Assembly (NCBI GenBank): GCA_041163465.1
Contig: JBEARC010000091.1
Span: 8,364 to 72,363 of the forward strand
Source of the DNA: Bacteroidota bacterium
GTDB lineage: Bacteria > Bacteroidota > Bacteroidia > Flavobacteriales_D > Sanyastnellaceae
DNA: 64,000 nucleotides
Reading direction: 5' to 3'
Part shown: positions 1-7,268 of the stretch, one piece after another
Layout: each line of letters starts with the position of its first letter
How positions within the stretch are numbered: position 1 is the first letter of the stretch
Made by a program: the position numbers and the translations under genes
The notes under the pieces: model-generated
Seen by the model: the letters and a program-made list of their open reading frames with translations, nothing else
The model's database searches: none
Told to the model about the DNA's origin: nothing

Positions 1-1929
1 CACTTCGCCCGCTGGGTCGACAACCAGGCTGTCTCCCGCGTAGCGGTGGTCATTTGCGTCGGTACCTGACCGGTTCACGCCCACCACAAAACACTGGTTT
101 TCGATGGCTCGGGCTTGAAGCAACGTGCGCCATGCCCCACGCCGGGTCTCCGGCCAATTGGCGACGAACAGTGCGAGGTCATAGGGTTGGGGGCCATGGT
201 TCCGGACGAAACCGGGGAAGCGCAAATCATAGCAAATCTGAAGCAGGATGCGCCATCCCCTCCATGCAATTTCCACACGTTTGGCTCCCGCTTCATAGGT
301 CCGGTCCTCGCCTGCGAGTGTGAAGAGATGTCGCTTGTCGTAGTGGTGCAAATCGCCTTCTGGTGTGGCGAACCAAAAGCGATTGAACGATTCGCCTTGG
401 GCGGTGCGGACGGCCACGCTCCCTGCAATCGCTGCGTTGTGACGTCGGGCCATGGCCAACATCCATCGCGATGTGTCGGAGTGCCCTGTGTCGTCGAGGT
501 CGTCGACCAAACCGCCGCTCATGTCAAACCCAGTGGTGAACATTTCTGGCAAGACAACGAGATGGGAAGGGCGGTCGTGGAGTTGTTGTCCCACGAGGGT
601 TTCAAACTGCTGACGATTGGCCTCTGGATCCTGCCACATCAGATCTGCTTGAACCGCGAGCACATGGAGTTCTCCCAGGTTGGAATTCTTGGGGTCCCCG
701 AGAGACGCGTTCTCCATGAATGCGTGGTCATGCCCCGCGTGGTCATGCCCCGCGAGGTTGCGTTCTGACGGTATGGCGCGAAGCAACTCGACGGCCCGAT
801 CCAGGGTTGCGTCCTCTTTGGCAAAACACAGTCGAACTGCGGGTTCCCACGAATCACCAAATGATCCCATGGGAATGGTCGCAATGCCATGCTCTCGTGT
901 CCAACGACGTGCCAAATCGCCATCCGTTTCACCAGGTTTCACATACGCCCCCACCCCGACCACCTGAAAGTAGCCCCCTTCGGCAGGGATCCATGTGAAC
1001 GAAGTTCCTTCGAGTCCACGCAGCAGGCGATTGCGTTTGGCCTCGTAGATAGGCCCCACAGTTCCCAGGTGCTCGTGGGCCTCAGGAGTTGTCAGGTATT
1101 GGACGAGACCGGCCTGGATGGGCGCGGCGGTGCTGAAAACATCGTATTGGTGAACCTTTCGAAGTTCGGTTGTGAGTTTGGCTGGAGCGGCAACCCATCC
1201 CACTTTCCAGCCCGTGCAATGAAAGAGCTTACCAAAACTTCCGGCCACCAGGGTGCGGGGACGAAGCTTGTCGTGCCGCCACGGAACGGGTGCATCTCTG
1301 CCGTCATGAACCATGGGGCCGTACACCTCATCGCTCAAGAGCCACACATCGGTGCCTTCCATGGCATCGGCGAGGGCATCGAGCATCGCTGCTGTCGTGA
1401 CGCGGCCCGTCGGGTTGTGTGGGCTGTTGAGGATGACCAACCTTGTTCGGGGTCCAATGGCATTGGCCAATCCATCGGCATTCATGTTGCCGTGTGAATC
1501 GAGCAGTGGAACGCGAACCACATGGGCTTGGTTCAATTCCGCAACAGGAATGTATAGGTCGTAGCCGGGGTCTTGCACCACAACTTCGTCCCCTGGTTGC
1601 AAGAGCGCTGTCATGGCCGCGAAAAGCACGCTGGAGGCGCCCGCACCCACGGTGATTTCCGAGTCCGGGTTATACCCTGCACCGGCGTGGTAGGACTCCG
1701 CAATCCAACGACGCAGGTCGCGGTTTCCCGCCATGGGCGCGTATTGGTTGTGCCCCTCTTCGAGTGCCGTAGACACAGCGTGACGAAGCGCGGGAGGTGT
1801 TTCGAGATCAGGAAATCCTTGGGCAATGTTCAAGGCCCCACATTCCAAAGCCAAAGCCGACATTTCTGTGAAGATGGTCGTGCCCACCTCAGGGAGTTTG
1901 GAGGGCGGCAAGGTGGGATGGTTGTTCAT
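1..1929 (-). CDS. Partial ORF (3' end lies beyond the left window edge). It fuses a class-I PLP aminotransferase (YbdL/MtnE-like, approx 1929-790) in frame to a C-N hydrolase / omega-amidase (YafV/Nit2-like, approx 717 to <1).
   Basis: I reverse-translated this by hand because it is not in the ORF track (there is no stop inside the window). The ATG is at 1929-1927 and gives MNNHPTLPPSKLPEVGTTIFTEMSALALECGALNIAQGFPDLE. The PLP-lysine motif SFGKLFHCTGWKV has its Lys codon at 1230-1228. The frame continues through RAIPSERNLAGHDHAGHDHAFMENAS into LHVLAVQADLMWQDPEANRQQFE. Nitrilase-superfamily triad contexts VVLPEMF, YDKRHLF and QICYDLRFP are present. The last codons in the window read DSLVVDPAGEV. 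Confidence 0.8.
   Translation of the reverse strand, partial: MNNHPTLPPSKLPEVGTTIFTEMSALALECGALNIAQGFPDLETPPALRHAVSTALEEGHNQYAPMAGNRDLRRWIAESYHAGAGYNPDSEITVGAGASSVLFAAMTALLQPGDEVVVQDPGYDLYIPVAELNQAHVVRVPLLDSHGNMNADGLANAIGPRTRLVILNSPHNPTGRVTTAAMLDALADAMEGTDVWLLSDEVYGPMVHDGRDAPVPWRHDKLRPRTLVAGSFGKLFHCTGWKVGWVAAPAKLTTELRKVHQYDVFSTAAPIQAGLVQYLTTPEAHEHLGTVGPIYEAKRNRLLRGLEGTSFTWIPAEGGYFQVVGVGAYVKPGETDGDLARRWTREHGIATIPMGSFGDSWEPAVRLCFAKEDATLDRAVELLRAIPSERNLAGHDHAGHDHAFMENASLGDPKNSNLGELHVLAVQADLMWQDPEANRQQFETLVGQQLHDRPSHLVVLPEMFTTGFDMSGGLVDDLDDTGHSDTSRWMLAMARRHNAAIAGSVAVRTAQGESFNRFWFATPEGDLHHYDKRHLFTLAGEDRTYEAGAKRVEIAWRGWRILLQICYDLRFPGFVRNHGPQPYDLALFVANWPETRRGAWRTLLQARAIENQCFVVGVNRSGTDANDHRYAGDSLVVDPAGEV
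722..751. repeat. Perfect 15-bp tandem duplication (GCGTGGTCATGCCCC x2) at the aminotransferase/amidase junction.
   Basis: Positions 722-736 and 737-751 are identical when read directly, and GCG follows again at 752-754. On the minus strand the duplication encodes GHDHA-GHDHA. Confidence 0.95.
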
Positions 1930-4337
1930 CGGATGACAGCGAGTTTGGTCACGGCCCCTTGCTTGCCTTGGCTGTCCGTCGCGAATGCCACGTACACGCC
2001 ATAGGGCGCGGGCACCCCATTTTCCATGTTCCCATCCCATGTGGCGCGTCCCCCGTTGCTTCGAAGCACGGCAATTCGATTTCCCGCAGCGTCAGTCAGG
2101 TGAACCGTGCTTCCATAGGCCAACCCATCAAAAACAATGGGCCCAGTATGGTCCGCACGGACGGGATTGGGCATGACGTGAAAATTGGACATTTCGCGGT
2201 CCCAGTTGGTGGCCTCGCCCCGGTAGGAGACGATGCCCTTGGATGTGCCGATGTACACCTCGCCCGACCCATAATCCATGGCGATGTCCAAGATGTCGTT
2301 GGAGGGCAGGGGGCTGTTGGCGACGGTGAAATGATGGTCGGTGGTCAAACCGTCAGCCGCCAACACATAGATGCCGGAACCTTGCGTCCCCACCCATTTG
2401 CGGTTTCCAGCATCGATGATGAGGGATTGAATCACATCGGTCTCCAGCAGGTATTGAAGGTTTCCATCTTGGGAAATCAAAATTTGGCTGGCATTGACAT
2501 CCTCGTCGAACACCGTGGAACTTTGGTAAAACACAACAGGGCCCTCTGTGGTCCCCAACCAAATTTCGTTGTCCAAATCTTCTTCAATGCACAGAACGTC
2601 GTTGGACGTCAATCCGCCATTTCCGGTGGCTGTGGTCAGGATGGTCCAATCATCGTCCGATGGGTTGGTTGGTGTGCCGGCAGGGTCATACACCAACACC
2701 CCACCGCCCTTTGGAAGGGCAATCCAAACATACCCGTCTCGGGTGACTTCCACATCTCCTGGCAGCAGGGAAAGTCCTGCATCTCCTAGATCTAACGCGG
2801 TTGTTGATCCATCGGGAGTCATCACGTGAAGGGCTTTGCGAACGAGCGGACATGTGAACCACAAGTTGCCATTCGTGTCGAAGTCCAAGCCACTGACTGC
2901 TGCTCGCGCAGTGCCGCCAACCAAGGACGGCTCAATGCTCGAATTTTCTGCATTCAAAATGCGCACCACCTCCCCGTTGCGAAGTTCAATCAATCCCTCT
3001 TCGTAGGAGGAAAAGACCACGTGGGTGGGGTCCCTTGGGTCGATGCTAACATCCATGATGTCTCGGATGCCAGCAATGGTGTTGGCGCTTTCCGGCAGCA
3101 ATGGCACATGCCATTTGTTCTCGCTGAAGCCAAACAGGCCGTCCGGTCTGTACAAGGGGGTCCAAGAGGCGTCGACGCCTCCAGTGGCCACCCACATGTT
3201 GTCGTTCCAACAATCCATGCGTCTCACACTCCCGTTGGGCGGTCCGTCCGGGCGGTTGGGGCGATCGGGAATGCTCGAGGCCGAAGGCATGGGAGTCCAA
3301 TTCACGACGCCACCGACATCGCTAGCCACCCAGATCTTTCCCGAAGCATCGGTACCCGAAGCGAGGTCATTGGCGCGCGCCCATTCCGGGAATGGCCGTT
3401 CCAACATCACGGGTGCACCCTGGGTATCCCAACCCCACGTTTGGCAGCAACTCGCCACCATGAAGCCTGGATGTCGGGTCTGACCCTCTCCGTTTGGCAG
3501 CAACCAATGCCCGGAAGTCATCCCCCCGTAACTCATGCCCTCGGGATCCCAGCCAGGCATGACCTCCCAAGCGCTTCCATCCTCTTGTCGCCAAACGACC
3601 ACGTTGTCGGCATCGGCATTGCCCACGGCTGCCCACCACGACGAGCCGAAGCGTTGCAGTTCCAAGACCGCTCCCAGGAATGGCATGCCGTCCCACACGG
3701 ACCACCTGTCGGGGTTGGCCAAAAATGGATCGTCGGCCGAAGCCGCGAGCACCCCGCTGGAGGTACCGATCAGCCATTGCCCCTCGTGAAGTTTAACGCA
3801 TTGCGCATCGATGGCGCTTGATTCGTTGGATAACGACCAGGTGTCCGCAATTTCAAGCCGCTCAAGGTCGAGGACCACCACACCAAAGGAACAGGACAGA
3901 TAGGCGCGTTCATCGACAACATCCACACTGTGAATGCGCTTGCTCCCAACGATTTGGGCGATGCGTAAATCGGGAATGTTCAGCACATCGTCCCCGCTAC
4001 GAATGTCGATGCCTCCGTCTTCGTACCCAATGACCAACTGGGAGCGAGCGGCGTCCCAGGCCATGGCAGATGGGTTGCCTTGGTTAAGATGCGTACCCTT
4101 GACCCATCTCTGAACTTGGGCGGTGGCAGTGTCAATGGCAAACAAGGCATAGGGTGTTCGCGCCACCACCAGGTCTCCCGCAATCACCACTTCCTCTGCC
4201 ACTCCGTAGGGAAAGTGATCACGCCAACTCGACACCTCATATTGAGCCCTGGCAGAACCCAGCGCCAAGGACCCTGCAAGCGTGGCCAGGACGCTCTGGA
4301 TGACCCAGGCTAACGCCGAAGGATGGAACGTGCGCAT
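1926..4337 (-). CDS. Secreted beta-propeller protein (two-component-regulator propeller-type repeats) with a T9SS C-terminal sorting domain; PorZ-like.
   Basis: Track ORF 1926..4400. An internal ATG at 4337 gives the signal peptide MRTFHPSALAWVIQSVLATLAGSLALGSARAQ. The body is about 750 aa and repeat-rich in W/G/D. The C-terminus VMPNPV...GVYVAFATDSQGKQGAVTKLAVIR resembles a type A T9SS CTD. The stop overlaps the next gene's start as ATGA (1926-1929). Confidence 0.6.
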   Translation of the reverse strand: MRTFHPSALAWVIQSVLATLAGSLALGSARAQYEVSSWRDHFPYGVAEEVVIAGDLVVARTPYALFAIDTATAQVQRWVKGTHLNQGNPSAMAWDAARSQLVIGYEDGGIDIRSGDDVLNIPDLRIAQIVGSKRIHSVDVVDERAYLSCSFGVVVLDLERLEIADTWSLSNESSAIDAQCVKLHEGQWLIGTSSGVLAASADDPFLANPDRWSVWDGMPFLGAVLELQRFGSSWWAAVGNADADNVVVWRQEDGSAWEVMPGWDPEGMSYGGMTSGHWLLPNGEGQTRHPGFMVASCCQTWGWDTQGAPVMLERPFPEWARANDLASGTDASGKIWVASDVGGVVNWTPMPSASSIPDRPNRPDGPPNGSVRRMDCWNDNMWVATGGVDASWTPLYRPDGLFGFSENKWHVPLLPESANTIAGIRDIMDVSIDPRDPTHVVFSSYEEGLIELRNGEVVRILNAENSSIEPSLVGGTARAAVSGLDFDTNGNLWFTCPLVRKALHVMTPDGSTTALDLGDAGLSLLPGDVEVTRDGYVWIALPKGGGVLVYDPAGTPTNPSDDDWTILTTATGNGGLTSNDVLCIEEDLDNEIWLGTTEGPVVFYQSSTVFDEDVNASQILISQDGNLQYLLETDVIQSLIIDAGNRKWVGTQGSGIYVLAADGLTTDHHFTVANSPLPSNDILDIAMDYGSGEVYIGTSKGIVSYRGEATNWDREMSNFHVMPNPVRADHTGPIVFDGLAYGSTVHLTDAAGNRIAVLRSNGGRATWDGNMENGVPAPYGVYVAFATDSQGKQGAVTKLAVIR

Positions 4338-4433
4338 GCACACGCTTGGGCGAATGTTCATGGTGCGGCTGTGGGTTCGTTGTATGAATCGGTTGAGCAC
4401 AATACGCCACGAAGTTCGGGATATTGTTCGCTT

Positions 4434-4493
4434 GGTTCAGTTCTCGGTCCGGTTCTCGGTCCGGGCCCGGTTCTGTTTCGGTTCTCGGTCCCG
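4434..4493. repeat. Short intergenic array of a 12-mer (GGTTCTCGGTCC): two perfect copies, one near-perfect copy and one degenerate copy.
   Basis: Read directly: 4439-4450 AGTTCTCGGTCC, 4451-4462 GGTTCTCGGTCC, 4469-4479 GGTTCTGTTTC (degenerate), 4480-4491 GGTTCTCGGTCC. The array lies between the stop of the AlbA_2-like gene and the start of the PorZ-like gene. Confidence 0.85.
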
Positions 4494-4534
4494 GGGTATG
4501 TGGGGTGCCGCGACGTCTTCCAGAATCCGCGACG

Positions 4535-5236
4535 TCATCCGGCATGCTTCCATCGGAAGGCTTCAGCTCCTTGGGTTTCGAGTTGATCCAATGCTTCTTC
4601 AGAGGCCAACCCGTAGCGCATGCCCGATTTCTCGTGCACACATTCGACGATTCCCCAAACTGTCAGCAAGGCCAGAAGATCTTCAGCTTCTCCAAACGAG
4701 ATCCGGGCAGTGCGAGCGACTTGGGGGAAGCGCAAGGTTTGGCCTTCTCGCCATCGTTTGAACAGTCGACCCACGTATTCGTCATACCTGAATTCGGAAC
4801 GGGCCATGCGCATTTCGTACTGCCACACTTTCACCATCACCGGCGACGCCTTGTGGATGCGGTCGTCTTTTCGGAGGTAAGCCTGCCAGGCGTCAGGCCC
4901 GTCGAGGTTAGGGTGCTTCACAAAATGGGGCCGCTGTGCACTTTTGGGCACCTTGATTTCGAGAACCGAAAGGTACTGGTGTTTCCAAACCTGGGTTTCA
5001 AAGGGCACAGGGGGCACACAGTGCATGTCGGAGGCGCATTGGACCATGTGAATCTCCTCTTCCACACGACATCCAACAACGTCACCGCTGTCCCGCACCC
5101 CAATGAGCATGCGGCCGCCTTCGGTGTTGGCGAAAGCACTCAGGGTTTTCGCAATCTTGTGGGCGTCGTCGACCCTCAGCTTGAAGTCCTGCTGCTGGTG
5201 CTCACCCTCTTCGATCATGCGCAGGATGAAAGACAT
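4535..5236 (-). CDS. AlbA_2 / Schlafen-like putative DNA-binding domain protein with a C-terminal winged-helix-like region.
   Basis: Track ORF 4535..5599. I trimmed it to the ATG at 5236 (MSFILRMIEEGEHQQQDFK...) because the upstream 121 codons run through the rimP promoter region and look non-coding. The motif KTLSAFANTEGGRMLIGVRDSGDVVG is typical of the AlbA_2 family. Confidence 0.6.
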   Translation of the reverse strand: MSFILRMIEEGEHQQQDFKLRVDDAHKIAKTLSAFANTEGGRMLIGVRDSGDVVGCRVEEEIHMVQCASDMHCVPPVPFETQVWKHQYLSVLEIKVPKSAQRPHFVKHPNLDGPDAWQAYLRKDDRIHKASPVMVKVWQYEMRMARSEFRYDEYVGRLFKRWREGQTLRFPQVARTARISFGEAEDLLALLTVWGIVECVHEKSGMRYGLASEEALDQLETQGAEAFRWKHAG

Positions 5237-5270
5237 GGGAGTGAAGGTAGGACGGAAGAATGAAATTGTG

Positions 5271-5278
5271 TACTTTTG
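5271..5278 (+). promoter_or_regulatory. Candidate Bacteroidota -7 box (TACTTTTG = TAnnTTTG) for the rimP-nusA-infB operon.
   Basis: Exact TAnnTTTG match in the divergent intergenic region. I saw no clear -33 TTTG. Confidence 0.35.
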
Positions 5279-5305
5279 CGACGGTGAAGACAACAGAAGA
5301 AGCTT

Positions 5306-5331
5306 GAGAGGGGCCCCGAGGCCTCTTTTTT
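5306..5331 (+). terminator. Weak hairpin plus T6 tract in the rimP leader (candidate attenuator).
   Basis: The sequence is GAGAGGGGCCCCGAGGCCTCTTTTTT. GGCC (5312-5315) pairs with GGCC (5320-5323) and the stem extends through G-U pairs. TTTTTT follows at 5326-5331. No plus-strand gene lies upstream for it to terminate. Confidence 0.4.
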
Positions 5332-5427
5332 GTCTCTGAACATTGCGTGGGTAGTCTAGACGGGGGATTTCTCCAACCTCCAATCGGAACTGCAACACGC
5401 CGAGCCACGCTGGATGTTGAACCAACC

Positions 5428-5447
5428 ATTGCCACGTATTGCCACGT
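5428..5447. repeat. Perfect 10-bp tandem duplication (ATTGCCACGT x2) immediately upstream of the proposed rimP start.
   Basis: Positions 5428-5437 and 5438-5447 are identical when read directly. Confidence 0.95.
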
Positions 5448-5448
5448 T

Positions 5449-5928
5449 TTGATTCGCGCAGAAGACATCCGAGCCCTCGCTGAGGAGCATTTGCTAGGAA
5501 CTCCCGGGTTCTTGGTGGATGTGACCGTGTCTGACGGAAGCAACATTCGGGTGCTTGTTGACCACGACGAGAGCACGTCCATTGAGTTCTGCATGGCACT
5601 CAGCCGGCACATTGAATCTTCCTTGGACCGCGAGGTGCAGGATTTTTCGTTGGACGTCAGTTCGCCGGGCTTGGATCAACCCTTGAAGCTTCACCGCCAA
5701 TATGTCAAAAACTTGGGTCGTGAGGTCGCGGTCATGCCCGTGGAAGGGGCCAAACTTGAAGGCGTGTTGACCTCCGTGGAGGACGACCATTTTGTGGTTC
5801 AAACCCGGGAGAAGCGACGCATTGAAGGCCGAAAGGCCAAGGAGTGGGTGGAGGAAAACCACGTGTTTGACTTTGCCAACGTGCATTGGACCAAAGTGAT
5901 GATTTCATTCAATAACCCGCGGGCGTAG
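5449..5928 (+). CDS. rimP: Ribosome maturation factor RimP.
   Basis: Track ORF 5347..5928 (GTG start). A TTG at 5449 gives a 159-aa product (IRAEDIRALAEEHLLGTPGFLVDVTVS...LDVSSPGLDQPLK), matching typical RimP size and N-terminus. The gene sits directly upstream of nusA. The exact start is uncertain. Confidence 0.8.
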   Translation: MIRAEDIRALAEEHLLGTPGFLVDVTVSDGSNIRVLVDHDESTSIEFCMALSRHIESSLDREVQDFSLDVSSPGLDQPLKLHRQYVKNLGREVAVMPVEGAKLEGVLTSVEDDHFVVQTREKRRIEGRKAKEWVEENHVFDFANVHWTKVMISFNNPRA

Positions 5929-5949
5929 GCCGCACATCCTCTGTCAACC

Positions 5950-7185
5950 ATGCAGTTGAACCTTTTGGAATCGTTTGCAGAATTCAAAGAATTCAAGAAC
6001 ATCGACAAGGAGACCTTGATGGGCATCCTCGAAGAAGTTTTCCGAAACATGATCATCAAGAGATATGGCTCAGATGAGAACTTCGATTTCATTTTGAACC
6101 CGGAAAAGGGTGATTTGGAGATTTGGCGCAACCGCGAAATCGTGGAAGATGGCGCCGTGGAAGACGAGAACACCCAAGTGGCATTGAGCGAGGCTCTTCG
6201 GGTCGAAGATGATTTTGAGGTGGGCGAAGATCTCTCCGAGGAAATCAAACTGGAGAGTTTTGGTCGTCGGAATGTGCTGTCCCTCCGCCAAAACTTGGCG
6301 GGTCGTATCCTGGACATGGAGAAGGACTCGCTGTACCAGAAGTACAAAGAGCGCGTCGGAGAGGTTGTGACTGCAGAGGTCTACCAAATTTGGAAGCGTG
6401 AGATTTTGCTCGTGGACGACGAGGACAACGAAGTGGTGATGCCACGGGAGCATCAAATTCCGGGCGATTTTTTCAAGAAGGGAGACACCGTGCGTGCGGT
6501 GGTGGCGGCTGTGGAAATGCGCAACAACACCCCGAGAATCATTTTGAGCCGGACGGCTCCTGAGTTCTTGGAGCGTTTGTTTGAAATGGAGGTGCCTGAA
6601 ATTTATGACGGCTTGATCACGATCAAAAAAATCGTTCGTGCTCCTGGTGAGCGGGCCAAAGTCGCTGTGGAATCGTACGACGATCGCGTGGATCCGGTGG
6701 GAGCATGCGTCGGGATGAAGGGGTCTCGAATCCACAGCATTGTGCGGGAGTTGCGCAACGAAAACATCGACGTTATCAACTTCACGTCCAACGAGGAATT
6801 GCTGGTTCAGCGTGCCCTTAGCCCCGCGAAAATCACGTCCATGGCGCTTCACCCCGACACGGGGAAGGCAGAGGTATACCTCAAGCCAGATCAGGTCAGC
6901 TTGGCCATTGGAAAGGGTGGAAACAACATCAAACTTGCGGGCTTGTTGACGGGCTACGACATTGATGTGTACCGCGAAGATGATGAGGTCGCCGATGACG
7001 TTGAACTCAAGGAATTTGCGGATGAAATTGACGAGTGGATTCTCGACGAGTTCATCAAGATTGGCTGCGATACGGCCCGTTCAGTGCTCAAACTCGAGGA
7101 ACAAGACCTCGTTGCAAGGACGGATTTGGAGGCTGAAACAATTCGCGAAGTCATCTCCATTTTGAAGGCAGAATTGGATGCCTGA
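5950..7185 (+). CDS. nusA: Transcription termination/antitermination factor NusA.
   Basis: 411 aa with an N-terminal domain, an S1 domain and two KH domains (CVGMKGSRI, IGKGGNNIKLA). It lies between rimP and infB. Confidence 0.95.
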   Translation: MQLNLLESFAEFKEFKNIDKETLMGILEEVFRNMIIKRYGSDENFDFILNPEKGDLEIWRNREIVEDGAVEDENTQVALSEALRVEDDFEVGEDLSEEIKLESFGRRNVLSLRQNLAGRILDMEKDSLYQKYKERVGEVVTAEVYQIWKREILLVDDEDNEVVMPREHQIPGDFFKKGDTVRAVVAAVEMRNNTPRIILSRTAPEFLERLFEMEVPEIYDGLITIKKIVRAPGERAKVAVESYDDRVDPVGACVGMKGSRIHSIVRELRNENIDVINFTSNEELLVQRALSPAKITSMALHPDTGKAEVYLKPDQVSLAIGKGGNNIKLAGLLTGYDIDVYREDDEVADDVELKEFADEIDEWILDEFIKIGCDTARSVLKLEEQDLVARTDLEAETIREVISILKAELDA

Positions 7186-7268
7186 TGCGAATTTGACGTC
7201 AACCTACACCCCTCGTCTTTCCCCGAACCCCAACAATTCTCCCTAATTTCACACTGAAAATCCCCTCC

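Noticed and set aside
4434-4493. Possible CRISPR array.
   Set aside because: The repeat unit is only 12 nt. The copies are adjacent or separated by 17 nt of related sequence rather than unique spacers. There are only 3-4 copies and no cas genes in the window.
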